A stretch of 64,000 nt of DNA from Promethearchaeota archaeon (lineage in GTDB: Archaea > Asgardarchaeota > Lokiarchaeia > Sigyniarchaeales > SOKP01), in assembly GCA_048940645.1 (NCBI GenBank), contig JBHLOI010000011.1, positions 1 to 64,000 on the forward strand, in the 5' to 3' direction. The notes beneath the pieces were generated by a model that was not told the DNA's origin, made no database searches, and was given only the letters and a program-made list of their open reading frames with translations. Position 1 is the stretch's first letter. Each line of letters opens with the position of its first letter. Of this stretch, positions 50,565 to 59,652 are shown one piece after another. The position numbers were made by a program, and so were the translations under genes.

Positions 50565-51830
50565 CTAGATTATAAGATCTCCATTAAATTGCGGAGGCCC
50601 TTTCACTTTCCAAATGCCTAAATCAAACAACTGATTATTAATAATAACAGGTTTCTCATTCTCTTTTGATGTTGAGAAATTTTCTTCAAATAGATTTTTA
50701 ACTGCGTTTTTATTTACCTCACAAGAGATAAACATTGTATTATTTTCCAAGTCTCTTAACGCATAAAAATAATATTCATTATTATCATGCGGATTGAATA
50801 TTTGCATCGCATTGCCTAATTCAATCTCGATTATTTCAGGAGCTATTTTTTCATTTTCTTTGAATTGATCTAATAATACACCAAGGTGTTCCATCACTTT
50901 TTTTAACAAATCAGCAGATCGTACCAAGCTTTTAAATCCAGGAATACGGAGGCGATTAAATATCTTTCTCTCTACTTGTTTATGAATAGTACTCATTCGA
51001 ATATTTAACCTATTACAAATATCACTTACTGTAATTGGATTTTCTGGCAAACAGAGAACAGAAATAGAGGTAGCCACTCCTACTACTACATCATCTTTAG
51101 TATTTTTAATTGAATCCCATAATCTATATAGGATTTTTTTTGATTGATAATAAAAATACATTCCCAATCCAAAATGTTCGGTTAATTCCATAATTCTCTG
51201 AAGAATATACTCTTTTCGATTTCTCTCTTTATATTCTGGCATGAATTCATTAATCTGGAGCTTAAATGCTTGAAAATCTTTTTTAGAAATTTTTGCTACA
51301 TCTAATAAAGCTCGCTCATCCACCGGTTTACATTCATATTTGTATGTGAAGTATATTACTATTGGAACCAATTTTTCAGGGCTTCTATATTTTGTACCAT
51401 GACCTAACTTTGTATGAATTTGTTTAAAGTTCTTTAAGATTTTACTCTTATCTGTAGCTGGGAGAGAAAGAGCTTCAAATATTCTGCCAATTTCAATAAT
51501 AGCTTTTATTTCTACATTTTCATCATTACTTTTAATTGAATCAATCCTATTTAACCGTTCTAATCGATATGATTGAGGATTTCGTAATCTTTCTCGTTTG
51601 AATCCAATTTTTGTTTTCCCAGGTGTGGCATATTGTAAAATATCTTCATTATAGGGCCGATGATATTGCATAATCTGGATGGGAAGCATTACTCCACAAT
51701 CTTTACAAACAAATCCAAACTCATTTTGGATTATATCTGTTGAATTACATATATCACATCTTAACGAAGTACGCATCTCAACTTTATTTAATTGAGATTT
51801 ATTATGGGTTGCCAACTTAATCACAATCAC
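50565..51830 (-). CDS. Divergent transcription initiation factor B (TFB/TFIIB) paralogue
   Basis: CDIC..FVCKDCGV Zn ribbon; RLERL linker; cyclin repeats YRSPEKLVPIVIY..VDERALLDVAKISKKDF and ITVSDICNRLNIRMSTIHKQV; C-terminal extension. Confidence 0.8.
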   Translation of the reverse strand: MIVIKLATHNKSQLNKVEMRTSLRCDICNSTDIIQNEFGFVCKDCGVMLPIQIMQYHRPYNEDILQYATPGKTKIGFKRERLRNPQSYRLERLNRIDSIKSNDENVEIKAIIEIGRIFEALSLPATDKSKILKNFKQIHTKLGHGTKYRSPEKLVPIVIYFTYKYECKPVDERALLDVAKISKKDFQAFKLQINEFMPEYKERNRKEYILQRIMELTEHFGLGMYFYYQSKKILYRLWDSIKNTKDDVVVGVATSISVLCLPENPITVSDICNRLNIRMSTIHKQVERKIFNRLRIPGFKSLVRSADLLKKVMEHLGVLLDQFKENEKIAPEIIEIELGNAMQIFNPHDNNEYYFYALRDLENNTMFISCEVNKNAVKNLFEENFSTSKENEKPVIINNQLFDLGIWKVKGPPQFNGDLII

Positions 51831-52240
51831 AAATTTTCTTAATTACTAAGTTAAAGAAGATGGGGAGTGGCCTTTTTAAATCTTATCCTCTTGATCAGAA
51901 ATGACTGATAGAATCTTTCTAATCACAAATTAGATTTTTCCACTTATGTAAAAATGGGTAAAATTTCCATTTTATCGATCACCTCCTCATGATCTGAATT
52001 GAGGAAAAGTTGATATTATCATTAAAACGTTAAAATAAAGCTAAGTTTAAATCGCAAAATTGTATTAAACCCAAGATTTAGCTAATTTGGATTAACTAGA
52101 AGATTTTAGATTTTTTACTTTTAGTAAAAGTTATTACTTTTCTTTGTGTTTAGTTTTTAGAAAGTGAAAAAAAATCCACTCCCAGTTAGCAGGAAACACA
52201 ATTAAAACAATTTTTTTGACAAAAAAAATGCACCTAGAAG

Positions 52241-52271
52241 TTTAGCAGTAGGTATACCTGCTACTGTTAAA
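52241..52271. promoter_or_regulatory. Inverted repeat/palindrome in the TFB-peptidase intergenic region
   Basis: TTTAGCAGTAG-gtatacctg-CTACTGTTAAA; contains the perfect palindrome AGGTATACCT (52250-52259). Confidence 0.5.
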
Positions 52272-52414
52272 AAAAAATTACTGGGATCAAGAAAATTAAT
52301 TGGAGAAAAACTTTCTGGAATGTAAGTTGCAAATGGAAAATCTTTTAAAGAATTTTTTAAAAACAACCCGGAAGGAATAAACTTTTAACTTTCTTCTTCT
52401 TTTTTTTTTAAAAT

Positions 52415-52428
52415 TTTTCCTTTATATA
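52415..52428 (+). promoter_or_regulatory. Regulon promoter TTTTCC-TTTATATA
   Basis: TATA starts 29 nt before ATG 52450. Confidence 0.82.
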
Positions 52429-52449
52429 ATTACACTTTATAATAGGATC

Positions 52450-53229
52450 ATGATATTCATTGATATGCTCATTTGGTTTTGTATTATTTTGACTATCTCA
52501 CTTGTTAGTCAATTGATATATCGTTATTCTAAGGGACCTATTAGAGCATTTCTGAATGTGGTTGGCTTCATTGGAGTCTTCATTCACGAATTAAGTCATG
52601 CTTTGATGTGTATAATTTTTCGAGTGCCTCTTAGGGGCTTTTCAGTGAAATTTCGCTCACATTACACCAATGAAGTTGCCCCCCATGGAAGAGTGAAAAT
52701 AGGAGAAGTGGAGCGTATATCATTTTTACAAAAGGTAATGGTATCAGTTGGTCCACTGATCATCTCTACATGGATCTTTTTATTCTGCCTTGATATAATA
52801 ACAATACAGGAAGCTGAACTTATGACCAAGATTGTCCTAGGGCTTATTATGGCGTCTCTATTAATAGGAGCAAGCCCTTCAGGGCATGATATTTACTACA
52901 TGTTTTACTCATATGGCATAGATCCACTGTATTCCACCTACCAATTGTTTCTAACAGCATTAGCTATAATTATTGTTTATTTTGGAATTGATTTTTCATC
53001 AATTGTCCTTCCCATGGAATTGTTTTACTACATTTTAGCTTTCTTTACGGTTATCGCATTCTATTTTACACTTAAATATTTTCTAAAATTTTTCTATTAT
53101 CTATACCGCCGGATATTCCACGCTTCACAGTTTACCTCTCGACAACTAACTCGTAAAAGGCATAAGCCTTATAAACCAAAAGAAGAATATTATGAGGAAA
53201 ATTATATTAAACGAGGGTATAATGAATGA
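52450..53229 (+). CDS. M50-like intramembrane zinc metallopeptidase
   Basis: GVFIHELSHAL (HExxH), SVGPL, PSGHD; multiple TMs. Confidence 0.8.
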   Translation: MIFIDMLIWFCIILTISLVSQLIYRYSKGPIRAFLNVVGFIGVFIHELSHALMCIIFRVPLRGFSVKFRSHYTNEVAPHGRVKIGEVERISFLQKVMVSVGPLIISTWIFLFCLDIITIQEAELMTKIVLGLIMASLLIGASPSGHDIYYMFYSYGIDPLYSTYQLFLTALAIIIVYFGIDFSSIVLPMELFYYILAFFTVIAFYFTLKYFLKFFYYLYRRIFHASQFTSRQLTRKRHKPYKPKEEYYEENYIKRGYNE

Positions 53230-53564
53230 AGATCTTATGTTATTTTGTCATAATTATAGCCTTCATGATGTATTTTCAGAAGGAACCGATCTATACTGTC
53301 GTAATTATAGGAATAGGGATTGGACTTTACATCTATTTTAAATCACGAAAAGGAAAGTCAGGTGTATTCGGAAAATTTCTAGGTGGTAACTCAGAAGATT
53401 CAGATGACCGTATGAATGATTTAATTTTATTTTTCATGCTCCAGCAGATGGCTACTAATTCTTCCCAGCAACATGAATCCACAAAACAACGAGAGAAAGA
53501 CAAGAAACAAGATCAAATTGATAAGATAAAGCACGAAGTTCTTGATCTTTTAGAGAGTGATTAA
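53226..53564 (+). CDS. Small membrane protein with acidic/charged C-terminal region
   Basis: Two N-terminal hydrophobic segments; overlaps the upstream stop. Confidence 0.65.
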   Translation: MKILCYFVIIIAFMMYFQKEPIYTVVIIGIGIGLYIYFKSRKGKSGVFGKFLGGNSEDSDDRMNDLILFFMLQQMATNSSQQHESTKQREKDKKQDQIDKIKHEVLDLLESD

Positions 53565-54272
53565 ATGCAAGACTTTTTATTAGAAATTAAGACCTTACTT
53601 CAATCTAGAATGCTGATATCCATTTATGGAAAATCAGGTACAGGAAAAACTTTTTTAGGCCTATATTTATTAGGTAATTTATTGACTGAAAAGGAACCAT
53701 ATCATTATCAATGTATTTGGATACAAGCCTGTGAATTTTTTCCATCAAAACGACTCTCTCAGTTATTTCAAAAAGACCTTAACAAATTACAATTTCTAAG
53801 AAATAATATTTTTATTACACCTTTGAAAAAACCATTTCTTTCTTATCAAGAACAAGCAGTTTTAATTTCCCAAATTCAACATAAAACTTTACCTCCTGAA
53901 CTGAAGGTAATAATAATTGATAATATTTCACATCATTTACGATATGAAATTTCAAAATATGAAAGTATTTCAGAAAAAGTGTTTATTCTAAATGATTTTT
54001 ATGAAAACCAACTATTTCCTTTAATTATGTATTGCCAACAAGAGAATATGATTCTCATATTAATTCATGAAGTGTCTTATAACCCAAACTTAAAAAAGAT
54101 CGTGCCATTTTTGCATAAATTATATAACCGGATTGATAGTATTAATGTTTACCTGGAAAAAAACCTATTATCTGAAAATAAGATATTACATCTTATTTAT
54201 TCTGATTATAATAATCAATTTAATTATCGTATTGAAAATCACGGCTTCCAATGGATTGAATCTCTCTTATAA
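53565..54272 (+). CDS. RadB-like RecA-family ATPase
   Basis: IYGKSGTGKT Walker A, FPSKRL, VIIIDNIS Walker B; no N-terminal HhH. Confidence 0.8.
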   Translation: MQDFLLEIKTLLQSRMLISIYGKSGTGKTFLGLYLLGNLLTEKEPYHYQCIWIQACEFFPSKRLSQLFQKDLNKLQFLRNNIFITPLKKPFLSYQEQAVLISQIQHKTLPPELKVIIIDNISHHLRYEISKYESISEKVFILNDFYENQLFPLIMYCQQENMILILIHEVSYNPNLKKIVPFLHKLYNRIDSINVYLEKNLLSENKILHLIYSDYNNQFNYRIENHGFQWIESLL

Positions 54273-54310
54273 TATTTAAAGCAAAACTGTGTTGTTTATT
54301 GATATATTAA

Positions 54311-54775
54311 TTATTTTAGTGAATGATTCTCAGCTCCACAATTTAAGCATTGAAAGATCCCATGGTCCTCGTCAATATTTTTTAGGTTATTTTTTACCCC
54401 ACAATACCCACAGATATAGTTAACCCTTTCCGCTCCTAAATCTCCTATCTCTTTCTCAATTCGGAGCATGTATGTTATATTAGGTGCTGCTTCCATTTTT
54501 GTCTCAATAATTTCTTTTTTTTCTTCAATCCTTTTTCTCCTTTTTTCAATCCGTTTTCTCCTTTCTCCTTTTGTAGGAATAAATAACAACCAACCAAAAA
54601 TACTGATTAAAGTACCAACCAAAAAGAATTGAAGACCAGAATCAAATAAAATGAACTGAATTAATCCCACCAATTGAATTGGTATAGCAACAAGTAATAA
54701 AATTACTGATATCCATAGGAATATCTTCTTAACCAAACCCAAAATACTCACCACGTTTGTGAGAATTAGATTCAA
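54311..54775 (-). CDS. Membrane protein with C-terminal zinc ribbon
   Basis: Two TMs; CGYCG..CLNCG. Confidence 0.6.
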   Translation of the reverse strand: MNLILTNVVSILGLVKKIFLWISVILLLVAIPIQLVGLIQFILFDSGLQFFLVGTLISIFGWLLFIPTKGERRKRIEKRRKRIEEKKEIIETKMEAAPNITYMLRIEKEIGDLGAERVNYICGYCGVKNNLKNIDEDHGIFQCLNCGAENHSLK

Positions 54776-54900
54776 TATAAGTTTTTACAAATTTATCAAA
54801 AATTTTAATCAGAGACTTTTTTGTTAATAATAATAATTGCGAAATAAAAATATCTGATTCAAATCTATTTAAAGCAAAAATCTCCTACTTGTTACCATTA

Positions 54901-54914
54901 TTTTTCTTTAAAAA
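54901..54914 (+). promoter_or_regulatory. Regulon promoter TTTTTC-TTTAAAAA
   Basis: TATA starts 29 nt before ATG 54936. Confidence 0.8.
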
Positions 54915-54935
54915 AGTCTACTTTTTATAGTTATT

Positions 54936-55316
54936 ATGGGACTCAATTCTAGTGATTCATTGAGAAAGGAAATTTGTTGTGTAATTTGTAATAAAAATAT
55001 AAAAAAAATTGACGAAGTTTTCCAACTCTCTCACAAATTAGGAATAATATGTCAAAACTGTGTGAAAGTTTTTTCTCCTGAAGATATTGAAATAATGACC
55101 TACTTATTTTTCATTTATGGGGGTTATTTTGGAAAATTCGATCAAAGAACTTTTTCCTTACCAGAGGCAATCAAATGTTTGACAAAGCAAGAATTTAATC
55201 CTAAAAACCGGATAATGATTGAAGATCTTAATGAAAGATTAGTCCATAAGGCATTATTACATGGAATTTCTCCAGTTAATCTAGTAAAAACGTTAGAAAA
55301 CTTTTTGAATAGATGA
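54936..55316 (+). CDS. Zinc-finger protein
   Basis: CVIC..CQNC. Confidence 0.65.
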   Translation: MGLNSSDSLRKEICCVICNKNIKKIDEVFQLSHKLGIICQNCVKVFSPEDIEIMTYLFFIYGGYFGKFDQRTFSLPEAIKCLTKQEFNPKNRIMIEDLNERLVHKALLHGISPVNLVKTLENFLNR

Positions 55317-55347
55317 TATTGTGGAATTTCTTCTTTTTGTATTCAAT

Positions 55348-55361
55348 TTTTTCTTTATAAA
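55348..55361 (+). promoter_or_regulatory. Regulon promoter TTTTTC-TTTATAAA
   Basis: TATA starts 56 nt before ATG 55410. Confidence 0.8.
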
Positions 55362-55409
55362 TAAGGATTGTATCTAACTAGGTAATTAAAATTATAAATT
55401 GGAGTTGAT

Positions 55410-56664
55410 ATGAAAAATAGCTGATCTTAATCTTGTGAAAGGAATTAATGCTCGTCAAATAAAGTTGCTCCAAGAAAATGGCATCAGTACAGCTGAAGCT
55501 TTGGCTATGTCTCCTCATTCTATCGTATCAGATGTTGATGGTTTGGGTGAAAAAACTGCTAAAAAGCTTATTTGGAACGCTCGAAACGCATTAGGTATGA
55601 CCGAATTTACCATAGCTGAAGAAATTGATGAAAATACTGAGTATATCACCACAGGCTCTTCAGAGTTAAATCGTATTCTTGGTGGAGGAATTGCCACTGG
55701 AAAATTAACGGAGGTATTTGGACCATTTAAATCAGGAAAAACAAACCTCGCTCACACAATTGCAGTTACAATACAATTACCAGAAAAAAAAGGGGGATTA
55801 AATGCTACAGTTGCATATATAGATTCGGAAAATACGTTTGCGAAAGAAAAGATTAAACGTATCGCCAAACGATTTGGACTTGATCCTAAGAAAGTGCTTT
55901 CCAAAATCCATCATGGAAGGATTTACAGTTCTGATCATCAACAACAGATGATTGTTAAAGCAGAAGCTTTATGTAAGACTCGTGGAGTGCGATTAATTGT
56001 AGTAGATAGTTTGATGGCCCTTCTACGAAATGAATATGTGGGCATCGGGATGTTAGCTAGACGCCAAAATGTACTCAATAACATGATCCATGCCCTATCA
56101 AGAACGGCAGAGACCTATAATTGTGCAGTCTTGCTCACAAATCAAGTAGCTACAAAAATGGTAGGAATGTTTTCAGCTGATGATGCAATTGGAGGAAATA
56201 TTGTCGCTCATGGTTGTCATTTTCGAGTGATGTTCAAAACCAAAGGATTTTCTTCTAACAATTCTTTGAAACGTAGAGCTATTATTGTGGATGCCCCAGA
56301 TTTACCTCCTGAAGAATGTGAATTTTTCATAACCAGTGCTGGTATTGCTGATTCTGATCAAGTTGAAATGCCAAAATCTAAAGAAATGGATTTTCAAATT
56401 GAGGCCTTATACGAAGAATCAAATGTTAACCAAGAAGAGGCAGTTGAGTCCAATATTGAGACAGAGGAATCAGATGAAAGTGATCTTACCAGTGTAAAGG
56501 GTATTGGAAAAGGCACTGCTGAAAATTTAATGAACTACGGAATATCTAGTATCTCTCAATTAATTGAGTCTGATCCAGAGGACGTGGCATCAAAAATAAG
56601 CGGTATATCTTTAAAAAAGGTACAAGAATGGCAGGAAAATGCACGAGCAATTTTACAAACCTAA
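55410..56664 (+). CDS. radA: RadA/Rad51-family recombinase paralogue with extra C-terminal HhH domain; apparent +1 A near the start (intact ORF from GTG 55435)
   Basis: N-terminal HhH, FTIA polymerisation motif, GPFKSGKT, YIDSENTF, LIVVDS, LTNQV; acidic linker and second HhH. Confidence 0.88.
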
Positions 56665-56762
56665 TTCTTAGTTTTTTTCTTCTTATTTTAAAAAGGAATA
56701 AATCGAACATTTCTTTAACAAAAAGGTTAAATAATGAGATATAATCTTTTTAAAATAGAAAA

Positions 56763-57356
56763 ATGAACATAACAAACTATGAAAAACGTAAAAAAATTGG
56801 ACTCTCTTTAATAGGAATTGGAACTGGTGTTTACTTATTGGGTCTTTTTGTCTTTCGTGTCTTATTGACATATCTCTCTAATTTATATTATGACCCTCCC
56901 ATCGTCCCAACATTATATTTTAATATACAATTATTACAAAATTGGAGCTTCATGGTGGGTGTTATTATTTTTTTTATTGGAGTGCCTTTTTTGGATCAGT
57001 CTTTAAGGAACAGAGGAAAAGAAAGAAGTGAATATAAAATTATAAAAAATTACCACAAAATTGGTATCTCATTGATAATAACTGGATTCATAATCCTGGT
57101 ATTAGGAATTATAGGAGGTTGGATAATATCAGGTTACTACAGGGGATTGATGTCACTGACATCAAGGGTGGGTTTTGGTTTACTTTCAGCACTATTATGG
57201 TTTTTCTTACTTTGTGTTGGAATAGGTATTATACGCACATCAAAGAACATACAAAAATGGAATAAATCAAAAGTAAGTATTATTAGCAGTAGAATTATTA
57301 TAACCATTGTTATTGTTTATTTTATTCTTTTTATTCCTCTTTTTCCTCTAGGATAA
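56763..57356 (+). CDS. Hypothetical multi-TM membrane protein
   Basis: Five hydrophobic segments; KIGLSLI/KIGISLI internal repeat. Confidence 0.6.
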   Translation: MNITNYEKRKKIGLSLIGIGTGVYLLGLFVFRVLLTYLSNLYYDPPIVPTLYFNIQLLQNWSFMVGVIIFFIGVPFLDQSLRNRGKERSEYKIIKNYHKIGISLIITGFIILVLGIIGGWIISGYYRGLMSLTSRVGFGLLSALLWFFLLCVGIGIIRTSKNIQKWNKSKVSIISSRIIITIVIVYFILFIPLFPLG

Positions 57357-57399
57357 CTCCTAGACCTCTATTCTAATATAGCATATGAAAAAAGAAAAA

Positions 57400-58416
57400 T
57401 TATTTTTCTTTAAATTTAAAGCTGATATCACCTTTCCTGCGATAATGAAAGACAATTAACACTAAAACTCCAGTAATTAATCCCGCACCTAGGATTGTGT
57501 ATAGCCCTAAATCAAGCGGTATAGAAAAATTATTTGCTATGGAGGATTGATTATCATCAGGTGACGGAGGATTACAAATCGGCCCGTTGTCCACAATAGC
57601 GTAGGCAACATTCATCCAGTCTACTTCACAATAAACCCTAATACCAATGGTGTAGGGTCCTCCTATTGCGGTACCAAATGAAAATATGTTTACACTTGCT
57701 ATAGATGCTAGGGTGTCATTTTCATAAATTGCGAATGGAATAGCATTAGGATCAATAATGTTATATATTACGCCCCCTTTGCTACTTAGATTCATAGATA
57801 TTGAGGATACTCTCCCAATATAAAATTTATAACTTCTATCTGTTCCAAAAAATACCTCGTGTGATATAAAAAAACCATCTGAAAAACAAGTTACCTCATA
57901 GAAAATAATATTTCCGAATTCTTGCTGAGTAATTTTATCAAACAGACAATTTACATCTTCTCTTAATATTTTTATTTTAATATTAAGATTTTCCTCAAGC
58001 GTTGCTCTAAACATGAATGTATAGTTTCCGGCAACGGCAGTCCCAAATGGAATTGAAAATTCGCCATCTATTTGGGAAATATAGGTATAAAATATTTGAA
58101 ATTCCCGATTAAAGCTATCCCATAGTGTAATATTCATATAGCAACTATGGGGAGTTACCACACTTACAATAATAGTATGCATGTAGGTTCTTAATAGGTC
58201 GAAGCTTAAGGTGTATGTATCTTGTGTTTGGGTAAAGGTGAATACTTTGCAAATATATTCGTGATTGCTGGTGTGAATCCTATTGTGTGTTAAATTCCCC
58301 AATGATTGGGAGGAATTAGCAAGCGATCCATTATCTCGATATATATTGGGTGAGGAAAGTATTAAAAATCCGCCAAGAATTAAAATATATATAATTTTTC
58401 GTTTTTTAATATCCAT
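57400..58416 (-). CDS. Exported protein with two tandem beta-rich domains and a C-terminal TM anchor
   Basis: Signal peptide; repeats PFGTAVAGNYTF / SFGTAIGGPYTI; TM + RRK tail. Confidence 0.7.
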   Translation of the reverse strand: MDIKKRKIIYILILGGFLILSSPNIYRDNGSLANSSQSLGNLTHNRIHTSNHEYICKVFTFTQTQDTYTLSFDLLRTYMHTIIVSVVTPHSCYMNITLWDSFNREFQIFYTYISQIDGEFSIPFGTAVAGNYTFMFRATLEENLNIKIKILREDVNCLFDKITQQEFGNIIFYEVTCFSDGFFISHEVFFGTDRSYKFYIGRVSSISMNLSSKGGVIYNIIDPNAIPFAIYENDTLASIASVNIFSFGTAIGGPYTIGIRVYCEVDWMNVAYAIVDNGPICNPPSPDDNQSSIANNFSIPLDLGLYTILGAGLITGVLVLIVFHYRRKGDISFKFKEK

Positions 58417-58723
58417 ACACCTCTAACTCTTTAAATTCTGATTTTAATCCATGGATAATAACGCATCTATCATAATCAATACAACTAAAGCACGGTTTAT
58501 CTGTCCAAAAATAGGCTGATTGGTGTGGACGTTCTATAATAAGTATTGGAAAGTTATTTCGAGGACAATTCAAGGCAGAATTGCTGATTTTACCTTTTTT
58601 GGGTAAAGGGTAAGAAATCTTGCAGATTTCACATTTTACAAACCGCTTGTAATTACTAGTTTTATACATTGTAAGAGAGCACTTACACTTAGGGCAAATC
58701 CCTATCTCTTCTAATTTTTTCAT
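58406..58723 (-). CDS. Stand-alone topoisomerase-IA-type zinc-ribbon protein
   Basis: GICPKCKC..RFVKCEICKISYPLP..CPRN..CFSC. Confidence 0.7.
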   Translation of the reverse strand: MKKLEEIGICPKCKCSLTMYKTSNYKRFVKCEICKISYPLPKKGKISNSALNCPRNNFPILIIERPHQSAYFWTDKPCFSCIDYDRCVIIHGLKSEFKELEVYGY

Positions 58724-58769
58724 TCAAAGGTCACATTACAATAAATTTAGAATACAGTATTTTTTGCCC

Positions 58770-58783
58770 TATATAAAGAAAAA
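58770..58783 (-). promoter_or_regulatory. Regulon promoter TTTTTC-TTTATATA
   Basis: TATA starts 54 nt before ATG 58723. Confidence 0.8.
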
Positions 58784-58857
58784 ATTAGAAATCATGGAGA
58801 GACCCTCCCTTTATATAAAATACTATTTGTATTACTCTACGATTTTTCTAACCTCAT

Positions 58858-58871
58858 TTTTTCTTTAAATA
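58858..58871 (+). promoter_or_regulatory. Regulon promoter TTTTTC-TTTAAATA
   Basis: TATA starts 29 nt before ATG 58893. Confidence 0.85.
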
Positions 58872-58892
58872 TCCATAATCAAATATCTCATT

Positions 58893-59117
58893 ATGGTCTT
58901 TTTTGATTATTTTGATGGGTTCCAGACAGGAATTGAATTTTTAATCGCATTAGGATCAATTATTGGGTTATTAGGTCTAATCATGGGAATTATTTTTTTA
59001 ATTTGGGGGGGATCTAGATTGCGATACAAAATGCTTGGAGTTGTACTTGTTTCAATTGTTCTTTTAGTAATCTGTGGATTCGATACAGGATTAAAATACT
59101 TCACCATTTACCGATAA
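58893..59117 (+). CDS. 74-aa two-TM hairpin protein, VirB2/CedA1 pilin-like topology
   Basis: Gly-rich TM1, WGGSRLRYK basic loop, TM2; own regulon promoter. Confidence 0.65.
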   Translation: MVFFDYFDGFQTGIEFLIALGSIIGLLGLIMGIIFLIWGGSRLRYKMLGVVLVSIVLLVICGFDTGLKYFTIYR

Positions 59118-59138
59118 GAATTTAAAAATAAAGGAGAT

Positions 59139-59504
59139 TTAATGATATCCTTGGGACGATTGTTCTCCTATCTGAAATCCCAATAACTCAAATGCTTGTC
59201 CCGTAAGAAATGCTCCTATCCACAGTAAAAGAATCCCAAAAGCCATATATTTAAGATAGATTTTTCTGTTAAAAATAGTTCCCAGAATTGAAAATCCAAA
59301 TATAATCCATCCTGCCCATATACAAAGGTCACCAAGTTTACTAAAAATGAAATGAAAAAAGGTTCCTACTTGATACTGTAAGTTTATCCCGAAGAAGGGT
59401 ACATAAATTGCGATAATCGCAAATATACCAATGAATACCCATGTAAATGCTTTCGATTTGTGTTTTCTTTCTCGAATAATATAAATTCCATCCTTTCTGG
59501 ACAT
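59139..59504 (-). CDS. Three-TM membrane protein (start revised to ATG 59504)
   Basis: AGGAAGG SD-like sequence before ATG; hydrophobic segments. Confidence 0.68.
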   Translation of the reverse strand: MSRKDGIYIIRERKHKSKAFTWVFIGIFAIIAIYVPFFGINLQYQVGTFFHFIFSKLGDLCIWAGWIIFGFSILGTIFNRKIYLKYMAFGILLLWIGAFLTGQAFELLGFQIGEQSSQGYH

Positions 59505-59558
59505 AATTTCCTTCCTTTTTATGATTATTGAAAGTTTGACGAACAATAACAATGAGAA

Positions 59559-59573
59559 TATTTAAAAGAAAAA
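59559..59573 (-). promoter_or_regulatory. Regulon promoter TTTTTC-TTTTAAATA
   Basis: T-run after the C starts 63 nt before ATG 59504. Confidence 0.72.
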
Positions 59574-59652
59574 CAGCATCTCTCTTTTTTTGTTTAAATA
59601 TATAGAACAATGAAAAATATCAAAACAAAGTTTATTGATAAATTGAGGTTTT

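Noticed and set aside
57403-57416. TTTTTCTTTAAATT, a motif-like site on the + strand
   Set aside because: Lies in the last codons (KFKEK) of a minus-strand gene with no + gene downstream; explained by coding sequence
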